A stretch of 64,000 nt of DNA from a virus. Positions 1 through 11,000 of this stretch are shown piece after piece. How positions within the stretch are numbered: position 1 is the first letter of the stretch; the number at the start of each line of letters is the position of its first letter. Under the pieces are notes generated by a model. It saw only the letters and a list, made by a program, of their open reading frames with translations, made no database searches and was not told the origin of the DNA. The translations under genes and the position numbers were made by a program. The DNA is taken from IMG/VR virus record IMGVR_UViG_3300025626_002025. The stretch is one strand, 5' to 3'.

Positions 1-1627
1 CTTCTGATGTTCTTGAACGTTTTTTCGTTCTTTCTTTATCACCAAGTGGGTCTCTACCAAGTGGATGTTTATCTTTTCCATATGTTCCACCTTCTCTTGG
101 TCTACCACCTTTATCTTTTATTTCGTTCTTGATATCTTCAAGTTGTTCTTCAATATCACTTGGTTCATCATCTTCCATTGCAGGGTCACTACCTTCATCT
201 TCAATAGAACGGAATCTATATCTATCTTTTAAATCATCTAACATCGATACTCTTTGTTCATCTTGTTCACCACCACTTAGTTTGAATATATTTTCATATA
301 CCCAATCCTTAGATAACATATTTAATCCTTGAATATCTTGAGCTAATCTAATTTTCTCACTCCATAAGTTTACTTTTTCTTGTTCGTAAATTGTAGATGG
401 ATTAACTAATGATAATTCAAAATTAGTCATTTCAGAATCTGTAATTCCTTGTGCATATAAATGAACAATTGCAATTTTAGATAATTCTGAAACTACTGTT
501 CTTTGTATTCTTTCAATTGTTCTTGCAAATCTAACATCTTCTGCTGCTAATGTTGCTTTACCATTTACATTTTCTTCATATCCTAAATATGCTCTAGGAA
601 CTTTTAATGCTGCAAATAATTTGTTTTTTAGATAATCAATATCATCGATGGTTGCATACTCTAATCCTGCAAGATTATCAATAGATGTTCCACTATCACC
701 ACCACGAACAGGAAGATAGAAATCTTCTGTTAGGTTTTGCATATTATACTTTAAGTTATAATCACCAGTATTTCTATCAATAAATGGAACTTTCTTCATT
801 TTATTGATAATTCTTTGCATATAGTTATCTACCTCTGTTGGAGGAATGTTACCAATATCAATTTTGAAAACTCTCTTTTCAGGTGCTCTCATGATTCGGT
901 GAATCAACATTGCATCTTCCATTAGAGATAATTGTTTCCACAATCTTCTAGCATTTTCAATCATTGATTTTCCATATGGTAACCAGTTTGTATCTGCTAA
1001 TAATCTAAAGTGAGCAACTTCAAAGTTTTCGTATTGTTCTTTTCCATTTGGGTCTTCAGTAATTTTAAACTTTACTGAGTTTGGATTCGATGGGTCTGTT
1101 CTTTCTAATCTTTCTGTGTTGTAAACTGAATGAGGTGTTACGTTAACAATACCTTTACCTTCAGCGATTTCCATACCTAAGAAGAAATCTCCATACTTAC
1201 ACATATTTCTTACCCAAGGCCATAAGTTGAATTCAATATTAAGAACATCATAAAATAAGTTATTTAAAATATCTTGTACTTGTTGATTATCAGAGTGAAC
1301 CAATAAAGTATCACCAAATTCATTCTTTAGTGTTGATTCATCTGCATATATATCAAGAGCTGATGCTAATATTGGGTCATTATCCATAGCATCATAATCT
1401 CTAAAAACTTCTCTACGAACTTGTTGGTATGCCATTGACTGAGCACCACCTGCTTGTTCGAAAAAACTTTTTTGTAGTTTCGTGTACCTATCTCTTAAAG
1501 AAGATAGATTTGTTTGTTGTCTTTCATCGGTATCGAAAACTTTTCTCTTACCATCTTTATCGACAGTAACGACTGCCTGAGCTCTGAAGAGTTTAGTTAA
1601 CCTACCAAAAAATGAAGTATCTGCCAT
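1..1627 (-). CDS. gp20: Portal vertex protein (T4 gp20-like), 3' end runs off the window
   Basis: Not in the ORF track because it is open at the edge. Manual translation from ATG at 1627: MADTSFFGRL...YDAMDNDPILASALDIYADE...LMEDAMLIHRIMRAPEKRVFKIDIGNIP...EDFYLPVRGGDSGTSIDNL...LFAALKVP. These are hallmark gp20 motifs, and the gene lies close to terL. Confidence 0.95.
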   Translation of the reverse strand, partial: MADTSFFGRLTKLFRAQAVVTVDKDGKRKVFDTDERQQTNLSSLRDRYTKLQKSFFEQAGGAQSMAYQQVRREVFRDYDAMDNDPILASALDIYADESTLKNEFGDTLLVHSDNQQVQDILNNLFYDVLNIEFNLWPWVRNMCKYGDFFLGMEIAEGKGIVNVTPHSVYNTERLERTDPSNPNSVKFKITEDPNGKEQYENFEVAHFRLLADTNWLPYGKSMIENARRLWKQLSLMEDAMLIHRIMRAPEKRVFKIDIGNIPPTEVDNYMQRIINKMKKVPFIDRNTGDYNLKYNMQNLTEDFYLPVRGGDSGTSIDNLAGLEYATIDDIDYLKNKLFAALKVPRAYLGYEENVNGKATLAAEDVRFARTIERIQRTVVSELSKIAIVHLYAQGITDSEMTNFELSLVNPSTIYEQEKVNLWSEKIRLAQDIQGLNMLSKDWVYENIFKLSGGEQDEQRVSMLDDLKDRYRFRSIEDEGSDPAMEDDEPSDIEEQLEDIKNEIKDKGGRPREGGTYGKDKHPLGRDPLGDKERTKKRSRTSE

Positions 1628-1665
1628 GTTGTTCCTATTTTTAAATTATAACCTTTATTTTATTA

Positions 1666-2058
1666 TTACCACTTTCTACAAGACCAGTATCTTGCTTTAT
1701 GTCTTGGACCGGGTGAATCACAATTGTGTCTAGCTCTGAATGCTTTTCTTGCATCTGGATTATTCTTTCGAATAGACATTGTTTTTTCTCCTGATTTCTT
1801 TGCTGAACTACCACCATGTCCAAAATTAACTTTTACAACATTACCTTGAGGGTTTTTAACATATACTTTAAATTTTTTCACATCACCTTGCATTGGTTTT
1901 CCAAGTTTAACTTTTCTACCTTGATACTCAGCTTCATTTATGTCAGATTTATATTCTTTCATGAACTTCGAAAATTCTTGTATATCATCATAGTTTTCTA
2001 CTATGTACTCATTACAGTAGTTTTCGTTTTCATTTATTAAATCTATCATTGAAATCAT
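1666..2058 (-). CDS. Conserved small basic phage protein with acidic N-terminal propeptide-like segment
   Basis: Basic domain KKFKVYVKN..VKVNFG...RKAFRARHNC...ARYWSC preceded by an acidic leader with LINE/IVE/INE motifs; own ATATTTATA motif and AAGGAG upstream. Confidence 0.75.
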   Translation of the reverse strand: MISMIDLINENENYCNEYIVENYDDIQEFSKFMKEYKSDINEAEYQGRKVKLGKPMQGDVKKFKVYVKNPQGNVVKVNFGHGGSSAKKSGEKTMSIRKNNPDARKAFRARHNCDSPGPRHKARYWSCRKW

Positions 2059-2076
2059 AGTTATTTCTCCTTATAT

Positions 2077-2085
2077 TATAAATAT
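2077..2085 (-). promoter_or_regulatory. Putative late promoter motif ATATTTATA
   Basis: Intergenic, 18 nt upstream of ATG 2058; the same 9-mer sits before eight other genes. Confidence 0.65.
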
Positions 2086-2089
2086 ATAA

Positions 2090-3682
2090 TTATTTAATTA
2101 ACCAAGTTAAATCCTCATGGTTATCACCAACTCGCATTTTCCAAGGGTCATCATCCATTGAAGTATTACCACCAAAACCCATTCCACCAATATCTAATTG
2201 ATGTGCACCGATTCCACCCAATGCTTGTTTTGTTAAATCAATTCCCTCTTGTCTTAATCTAAGTGCAGTATCTCTAACCCACAATCCGATTGATAATGAC
2301 ATTGTTAAATCATCATTATAACCTCGCATTGCTTCTGCTCTATTACCATTCCATATAAATGTAAACATTTCATCTATTGTTCTTTGTGAACGAATTGTTA
2401 CAGATTTTTCTCTAACATATTGTTCTAACTTAGAAATGATTAAAGGTCTTGTTTTAGATGTTGTACTAAAACCAGCAGTTAAACCTCTATCTTGTGCTCT
2501 GTATTTATTTGATAATTGATTTTCAGTATCTACATACTTTAAATCTTTACTCATATAAAAAGTATTTTGATAACCTCTATCAATTACTTGTTGTAAAACT
2601 GCCCAACCAATATTTGCATTTTCAACTACAAGTAAGGCGTTATTATATTCGGTTGCCAATGCAACTAAAAAGTTTCCAAAATCTTTTGTATCTAATTTAC
2701 CTTTGTATTCTGCAACTTGAGAAGATTCTTCTATATCGATAACATGACACGCTGAGTAATCCGTTGAATCTCCACGAGCAACATCCGCTACAACCATATA
2801 AGATTTGGTATAGTTTGGATATTCCCATTTCCATAGGTTTCCATCGAACCCAGTCTTTTCCATTGGTTCTTGTACAAATGATTCTTTATAAAACATTAAA
2901 AGTTGTGGGTCTATTACTGTATCACCAGAACTAACAAAATCACAATCACATTCTTGTGCTGCTCCCTTTACCCCAAGTAGTACCTCTTGCTCATCTCTCC
3001 AATCTTGATTTCTTTCAGGATGTACACTCCAATGTAGTCGTATTGGATTAAATGTATTTGTTTCATCTTCTGCTCCCACCCAAGTTTTGTGGAAAAAGTT
3101 TCCAACACCATTTGGAGTAGAAAGTATAATTGCATTACCACCCGTTGATAAGGTAGATTGTGATGATACCCATATATCTTCAATCTTATCAATAAATGCT
3201 GCCTCATCAAATACTAATAAGGATAATGCCTCAGAACGACCAGCATCTCCTGCTGCAGAAGTTGCTTTTATCTGAGAACCATTTGAGTATCTTAAGGATA
3301 GTTTGTTATCCTCTACCGTTGTTTGTTTTAACCACGATGGTAAATACTGATTCATCACACGAACCTTCGTTACAAGGTTCTTAGCAACTTCTTGTTTAGT
3401 TGCAATTACCAATACATTAAAATCTTGATTGAATAACATCTTCCAAAGTGAAAATCCCGCAGTTAAGGTTGAGATACCTGTTTGTCGAGATTTAAGAATG
3501 ATGTTGTATCTGTGTTCTGCGAATTGGTCTAATGTTCTTTCTTGAAATTGATATAAATGAAAAGGTATCTTACCACGAACAGGATGTTGAATCATACAAT
3601 ACTTTTTCATAAAGTAGATTGGGTCTCCAGCACATTTCTGATACTCAAGTTTTATTATTTCTTTTAAAGATTGTTTAGCCAT
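2090..3682 (-). CDS. terL: Terminase large subunit (T4 gp17-like)
   Basis: Walker A KSRQTGIST, Walker B LLVFDEAAF, coupling motif STPNG, RNase-H nuclease motifs ADVARG...DYS and NDDL. Confidence 0.97.
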   Translation of the reverse strand: MAKQSLKEIIKLEYQKCAGDPIYFMKKYCMIQHPVRGKIPFHLYQFQERTLDQFAEHRYNIILKSRQTGISTLTAGFSLWKMLFNQDFNVLVIATKQEVAKNLVTKVRVMNQYLPSWLKQTTVEDNKLSLRYSNGSQIKATSAAGDAGRSEALSLLVFDEAAFIDKIEDIWVSSQSTLSTGGNAIILSTPNGVGNFFHKTWVGAEDETNTFNPIRLHWSVHPERNQDWRDEQEVLLGVKGAAQECDCDFVSSGDTVIDPQLLMFYKESFVQEPMEKTGFDGNLWKWEYPNYTKSYMVVADVARGDSTDYSACHVIDIEESSQVAEYKGKLDTKDFGNFLVALATEYNNALLVVENANIGWAVLQQVIDRGYQNTFYMSKDLKYVDTENQLSNKYRAQDRGLTAGFSTTSKTRPLIISKLEQYVREKSVTIRSQRTIDEMFTFIWNGNRAEAMRGYNDDLTMSLSIGLWVRDTALRLRQEGIDLTKQALGGIGAHQLDIGGMGFGGNTSMDDDPWKMRVGDNHEDLTWLIK

Positions 3683-3683
3683 T

Positions 3684-4373
3684 CTATTTTTTTCCTAGTT
3701 TCCAATACATAGAACCACCAACGAATGGTTTATACTCACCAAGTTGATTTGATATACCAACATTTAAACCATAAATTTTCATTTTCTTAGTTTTAAACAA
3801 GATGTTACCACTAATATTGTTAAATCCATTTGTTTGGTCAATTCCTGCACCAAATCCATAATAGAATTCATTCTTTGGTAATTCTTTTACTATTGTAGTA
3901 TTATAAACGGTTGGAATCTTAAAATACCAATCTATTTCTCTTGATTCAATTCTGTTTTGTGAAATGATATCAGTTAAAATACCGAATCCTAAATCTCCAC
4001 TTGGTTTGTTACCCAATGAATCGGTAACTACATCAGGAAAATCATATGCTAAACTTAATGTATCCTTAACTGTTATTTTTGCAAAGTAATCTTTTATAAT
4101 AGCAAGTGAATCTACATCTACTGGTATCTCTACTTCCTTAATTACTTCTTTTGTAATGTACTTTGGTACATACTTTGTTACCTTAACTTCTTTTTCTACA
4201 TATATGGTATCAGTTTTTGATTCTAACAACTCATATTGTTCTCCATCTACATCTACAATGGTTTTATCACCAGTATCATCTCCACATCCTCGTAAAAATA
4301 AAATAATTCCAAATAAAAGAAGGATTAATATTTCTCTCCACCTTTTAATTAATAAACTAAATATAATGCTCAT
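3684..4373 (-). CDS. Predicted lipoprotein/membrane protein with C-terminal amphipathic beta-strands (possible lysis/spanin-like)
   Basis: N-terminal hydrophobic stretch ending in a lipobox-like LRGC; C-terminus has ~4 Gly/aromatic strands ending YWKLGKK. Confidence 0.6.
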   Translation of the reverse strand: MSIIFSLLIKRWREILILLLFGIILFLRGCGDDTGDKTIVDVDGEQYELLESKTDTIYVEKEVKVTKYVPKYITKEVIKEVEIPVDVDSLAIIKDYFAKITVKDTLSLAYDFPDVVTDSLGNKPSGDLGFGILTDIISQNRIESREIDWYFKIPTVYNTTIVKELPKNEFYYGFGAGIDQTNGFNNISGNILFKTKKMKIYGLNVGISNQLGEYKPFVGGSMYWKLGKK

Positions 4374-5013
4374 AGTTTTTCTCCTTTAATACATCAAACG
4401 CTAAATTACGTTTCGATTCAAGTTCAGTAATTTCACCTTCTCCGGTATTTATCATGTCTTGAATTTCTTTTTTAGTATCTTCAACTGAATTTGGTAAATC
4501 CCATCTTTCGGTACTACCATTTTCATTTACATACTCATAAAAAGGTCTAACATCTAACAAAGATTGTTTTAGTTCTTCTAATTTTGTTTTACCAAATACA
4601 ATCATACGAGTCCATACCTTATAATTCTGATATTCTTCAAATACACCAGCAGTTCTTAAATCATGTTCTCTATCAACAGTACAATTTATACAAAATCCGT
4701 TATTTTGAATAAACTTTAAATCTTTTTCAGATTTAGATATTGTTTTACAATCAGAATTGTTACATTTTGATTTTTCTGCTAAATATTTTCTAATTTCTTG
4801 TAACGCTTCGGAATTTTTACCCGTCTTTAAAACATATCCTTCTTTTTTCTCATATTTGTTATGTTCATCTTCCCAAACATCACCAACATTACGAGCTTCT
4901 TCCTTCTTGGTATAACCAACGGTAGTATTTTTATCATACTTTCCAGTTTCTACCATATCTACCAACTTTCTACGAGTTGGATGCATATACTTCTTCTTAA
5001 ATTCTTTACCCAT
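4357..5013 (-). CDS. Hypothetical protein with Cys motifs (CxxxxC ... CxxC) and C-terminal helical region
   Basis: 218-aa ORF with its own ATATTTATA motif upstream; KCNNSDC...FCINC suggests zinc binding. Confidence 0.6.
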   Translation of the reverse strand: MGKEFKKKYMHPTRRKLVDMVETGKYDKNTTVGYTKKEEARNVGDVWEDEHNKYEKKEGYVLKTGKNSEALQEIRKYLAEKSKCNNSDCKTISKSEKDLKFIQNNGFCINCTVDREHDLRTAGVFEEYQNYKVWTRMIVFGKTKLEELKQSLLDVRPFYEYVNENGSTERWDLPNSVEDTKKEIQDMINTGEGEITELESKRNLAFDVLKEKNYEHYI

Positions 5014-5040
5014 TATTATACATTAGGTTATATTGTTGTA

Positions 5041-5049
5041 TATAAATAT
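5041..5049 (-). promoter_or_regulatory. Putative late promoter motif ATATTTATA
   Basis: 27 nt upstream of ATG 5013 (head of the terL unit). Confidence 0.65.
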
Positions 5050-5073
5050 ATAAAAATAGAGAAACCGAAATTT

Positions 5074-8000
5074 TTAGAAGAAAATACCGAGTATCTGATT
5101 TACGGATGCGAATGTACCTGTAAGTTTAAAAGTATTTCCTTTATATAAGAATACAATACCTTCATTTGGTACAATTTTCTTAGAACCACCAATAGATTGT
5201 AATCTACCAAGTTCCAATTTAAGTTTTTCTATCTTTTTTGGGTCACCTGATTTCCTAACATCTTTAATTGTCTTATCAATTCGTTTTTTCATATCACGAA
5301 CTGCTGAATCAGCGTTAACTGTTAGTGCAGATGAGGTAAACTCTAACACTTCTGCACCCAAACCTAAGAATATTTGTTCAAACTTCATTAAGTTCTTCTT
5401 ACCAATCTTCTTTTGGTCTTCTTTATCTGTTTTTTTAGCCCACTCTAATGTTTTTTCATCACTAAAGTTCTTTTTATCTAATCTAAATCCTTTATCCATG
5501 AACGCCCATCTCTTAACTAACCCCATTTTGGTTTTGTTATCAAGTGATGTAGGTGAATTCTTATCAACCCATTGTGACCACCACCCTTGGTGATAATCAG
5601 CAACACCATCAGTATCCTTTAAACTAAATTCTTTTTGTAATTTAGATATCTGTGATGAGTATTTACTACGTTTCTTAGATAAATCTTGTGATTTTGGTAA
5701 TTTTACAATAGGAGGTCCTTGAATAGTGTAATTATCTTGTACATCTTTGTTAACTTGTTTAATCATACCAGCTAATACTCTTGCTGATTCACCATTCTCT
5801 CCGATTGCAACACCATCCATGTTGAATTCCATAGTACCATGGAACACAAGTAACGCTTGACCATAAGGAATAACGTTTACTGATGTTGGGTATATCACTT
5901 CAAGGTTCATAAAACACGCACCTTGTTTAAATACCTTATCTCTTTGTTTATCCGATAACGATTTAATAGCATTTGAAAGGTCTTTCATTGCATAATTGTA
6001 AGCATCACTCAATCCACCTCTACCTTGGAACTTATCTGATACACCTTTGATATCTAAAGCATTCTCACCTCTGTTCTTTAGGTGGCCTTTGTTCCTCGCT
6101 GCTACTAACCTACCATCTCTCCATGAAATAGCTAATGCTTGACCATCTGTTTTCTCTCGTGTGAACTCAAGTGTACCTTCGAGTGCACGATTTACGATAT
6201 CTTTAAGTTGTCCAAAGGTTAAATTGATATCAGTATCAAATGGATGAGACATATGTCCATACGCACCACCTTCTTGGAGTAAGTTAGATTCGTTTATGTT
6301 TTCTTTGATTAGTTGTTGTGGTGTTTTAGTGTTTGGTAAAAACATTTCAACTAACTTATTATCGATATCACTTATTATCTGTTCTATACTATCCATATTT
6401 TTACTTTCTTTATTTTCACCCAAACCACCTTTATCGTGTTTAGAGAATTTACCTAATTTATCAAATGCTCTGAATGATTTTAATTTATCTTGCTTTGCAG
6501 GTCTCATATCAGATAGTTGTTTGTATCTCATGTGGTTTTTAACAATGTAAAATACATTTGCAGCATTACCATCAACTGATTCTATAAACTTTTTATACTT
6601 CTTTACTAATGAAGCAGATACTTTTTCATGTCCAAAGTGTGTGATGTGTCCTTTCTTTGGGTGAATACCCGCAGTTTCATCTTTTCCTATATCGTGAAAC
6701 ATTGCTGCTATTGCAATATCAATATCATCCTCTTTGATTGAACGATTCACAACCATAATAGTATGTTTAAGAACATTACCCTCTGGGTGTTTATCTACTC
6801 TTTGACCAAAGTTCTTTAGATTGTAAACTCTCTTTTGTAAATCAGAAGGCATCTTTTTGAATAATGATTTGAAATCTTTTATTCCTAATTCTTTTAATCC
6901 TTCTTTAACTGGTTTTGCTTTTAGAAATGCTTGGTCTACAACATCTTCATTCTTTTTTTCGAATTTTTCAACTTCCTTTGCTCGTAATGCTGGTAAGAAT
7001 CTGAATTTAGCTCTTTTTCTAACTCTACCTTTTTTTCTCACCACATTCTTATGAATTACCTGAGTTTGTGCAATCGATAAATCTGCTTTCTTAATACCAG
7101 GATATAATTCTTCCATGAACTCAGCGTAAACTTGTCTGTATGCCATCTTGTAAGCAATCTTCTTAAGTTTAGAAAGAGGTTTTCTTCTTTTCATCGTTCT
7201 TGCTCTTCTTCTTGCGATTTCCTTACTCTTTCCTGCCATTGCTGCTTTTCTTCTTAATCTATCAGCAGGTCTCATCTTACCTCGTTCATCCAAATCTTCG
7301 GATTCTATTGTGTATTTTGCATCAGATGATTTAAAATCATTTTTTCTCATTATGGTTTTAGCGATTAGTTTATTCGCTTGTTTCATAAATGGAATATTAA
7401 GGTTTGTTCTATTATCCTTTACTACAATTTGATTATATTGATTAAGAAATTTTACAAAATCTTTTTTCTTTTTTCCTAATCTTTTAAAGAATCCAATTAA
7501 TTCGGCTTGTGATATTTCCTTTCCGTTTCTTGGGTCATTTAACCTATCGAAGAAATGTTTTCCTGTAAGAACTGTATCTACCGGATTTAATTGTTTATCT
7601 GCAAACTTATCAATCTTTTGTAAGTCAGACATTGGCATCTCATTTAAGAAATTTTCTCTTTCTTTATTTTTTATCCACAATCCAATTTCTGCACCTTTGA
7701 TATCAGAGGGTACATCGTTTCCACCAACTGATAATTTAAAACTTACAAACTTCTTCATATCCTTTCCAATCGATTTACCAAAATCTACTATTTGGTTATC
7801 AGAAAGTGAAGTTTTTTGTTGTAGTTTTTTATAAACACCAACTTCTTCTGGTTTAAAATATTGTAATGATACTAAAAATACAATATCATTCTTTTCAGTA
7901 TTTGTATATGATAACTTATTTAATAGTTTTCCTAATAACGCTGGAGAATTCTTTTTTAGAAGTACTGATAGGAATACAATATAATCAGTAGTTTTAATAT

Positions 8001-11000
8001 ATGGTTTATTTATTTTAAGATTTGGTAAAATTTGAGAAGTGAATCCAATTTTATCACACAACTCCATATACTTCTTTGTATCCTTTGATGTTTTAAGTGA
8101 TTTTACAAATTCATCTCTAATTCTTTCAGCTGGAAGTGATTTTAGTGATGGGTCTTTTTGTAACGCATCTAATAACTCCTTATCTAAACTACCACCCATT
8201 CTTGATTGAAATCTTAAAGCTCTTAATTTTCTTAATGGGTCTTCATCAAATCTCTCAACAGCATTTCCAACTGTTCTAATGTTTTTCTTTTTAAGGTCTG
8301 CAATTCCACCAACTAAATCAACTATTTCTTTTCTTTCAATATCATAGAATAAAGCATTTATAGTTAAATCTCTTCGTTTTACATCTCCTTCAATATCTGT
8401 ATATTCTACTGAATCAGGTCTTCTACCCTTTCCAATATCCTTTCTAAATGTTGCAACTTCATGTCCACCAACGATTACAATTCCCAATCCCATTCCAGTA
8501 CCCACATCTTGTGATGTTTTGAAACCACCATCTTTACCAATCTTCATTGTTTCTTCTGGTTTAGCATCAGTTGCCAAATCAAAATCTTTTGGGGATTTAC
8601 CTAAAATAGCATCTCTAACTGCCCCACCTACTATATAAAGCTTTTTACCGTTTTTTTTAAATTGCTTTTGTAGTTTAACAATATCCGATGGTACTTTTAG
8701 TTTAAAATTTTTAGATTCATTTAAACCCATTTTTTCTTTCCATGAATCAAATGCATCGAAATCATATTCTTGTTTCTGAGAATCCCATCCACATGAATGA
8801 CATAAATATTTTTCACTATCATCAGATTCAATATCCCATGAGTGATTGCATTTTTCACATTTAATGTTTGTTCCTGCGATTTCGTTAACAGATTCTTCTT
8901 CTGATTGAGTAAACTTAATAAGAGCAGTTGATAGTATTTCATTAGATACTTCAACGTTTTCTAATTCTTTTATTATCAATTCAGAAAATTTATTTAAATC
9001 CGCCTCTAGTTCTTGGTCTTCATCTGCAAATATAGCAGCTCTACCTACTCCTTTTAATATTGTTTCAATAGCAACATGAGGTACAAGTTCTGCCATTGTC
9101 AATCCAGCAAGTTTTGCAACTCCAGTAACCGTTCCGGCAACTCCACCACTGGCAGCAAATGCTCCTGTGATTAAAATACTCTTTCCTACTAACTTTAGAG
9201 CTTTCTTTTGGTCATCCTCTAACTCTTTATATTTTTTACCACTACCAAGTTCTTTTAATGCACCACCTGCTTTTTTAAATTCATGATACTCGTGTTTAAG
9301 ACCATCTTTAATTGCCTTTCCAGCACCTTTAGTTTTATCTTTTAGTTTATCAATAAAACTTCGTTTTACTGCATCTGGATTTTTTACTACATCACTAAAG
9401 TATTTCTTTTCTTCGGATTTTAACTTTGGAAAATATTCTTTAATTTTCTTTTTAGTATTATCTCTTCTCTTTTTTATGATATCACTAGGAGAAACAACAT
9501 TAGTTGGTATATCTATCTTAATATCAGTTGCAAATCCATCCTTATCAGTATTTGCATCTTTTTTTGCAGGGTCATTATCTGGTAAACTATCTCTAAAAGA
9601 ATCCCCATCCTTTCCCTTAAAAATTCCTTTACTATCTTTTTTATCAGAATCATCAGAGTCCGTATTATCTGATGATTTTTCATGAGTACCTGATTTTATA
9701 GCACCATCTCTCGCATCCTTTGTTTTGAATACAGATGTTTTTCCTGATTTCTTGTTTGTAGCAGTGAACGTTTCATCATCTTCAAGTATAGAATATAATC
9801 CTTCTTGTACAATTCTAAAGGTAACCACTTTTCTACCATTGATTGTTGGCATTCCATGTTCATCTTTACCGATTGTTTTAACAACTGTTTTCTTATTCTT
9901 AAATCTACCAGTCATAATGGTATCTCCAACTTTAATTGGTAGTACTATATTTTCATTTAAAGATGCTTCGTATTCTTCTTGTGATTTCTTATCACCTTTT
10001 TGAGAATCTAATGATGCATCTTTGATATCCTTATTGGTATCTAATCCTTTTACTAATTCATACCCAACCATTGATGCTTTACGAGTTACGTGCTTAAACC
10101 ATTTAGAATAAGCATCACTTGAATAGATATCAACTTGGTTAGCGGCAGTTTGTGTACCAAGTACACCTGCTGGAAATGGGGTTACTGCTTTAACAGGTCC
10201 ATTTGGATATGTTGGATGGTCATAAAAATCTTCAATATCTCTAGTAGTAATCATATCAATTACCTCATAACCGATTCGTGTTGCTCTATCTACATTTATT
10301 TTAGAGAACACATCATAGTTAGGAAAAAAGAAATTTGGTCCATCATCTGCTTGACCACTTCCCATCTTAGAACTTTCGTTTAACAACCACTCCTCAATCA
10401 TCTCTTTAGAAATTTCAATTCCCTCATCGAGTTTATCAGTAATCATACTAAAGATAGTTGCATTAAACTTTCCGTAGGCTCTTTTCTTAAAGAAGTTCTT
10501 TTTCTGTTCATCAGAACCAACTGATAAACCATTTCTTACTTCCGTACCACTTACAGAATTACCAGACATTGGAGCTGCGTAAACATATCCTCTATCTCTA
10601 TATCCTTCTGATGGGTCTCCTTTGTATGGTTGAAAGTATTTACCACCTAATCGGTTTTTATCTTTCTCACCAACAACAGTTACAAATGCAGTTGTTTCTT
10701 CATCAAACTTTTTAAGAATTTCTGTGGGTTTGTATGGATTTTTAACTCTATGTATTTTGGATTTTGGAATTCCAAACATAGTAGTCATAATTTTTACCTT
10801 TTCTTTGAAGTTAAAAGGTGATTTAGGTAATTGTACCTTATCAGATGTACCTACATACACATTATCTTTACCAAACTTTTTTACAAGGTGCTGGTAAGTT
10901 CCATAGTGTCCTTTATGCATAGGTTGAAACCTACCCACATAGATAACTACTGTTTTTTTAATAGGATTTTCATCCCCCATTATACTCTCTACGAGAAATT

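Noticed and set aside
2090-3682. Intein or intron in the terminase
   Set aside because: Normal length with contiguous motifs and no intein-like insertion.
7640-8715. Poly(A) polymerase call for the NTase module
   Set aside because: Lacks the PAP-specific G[RK][RK]F signature and keeps a CCA-type RxD...GRRP loop; a CC- or A-only specificity cannot be excluded.
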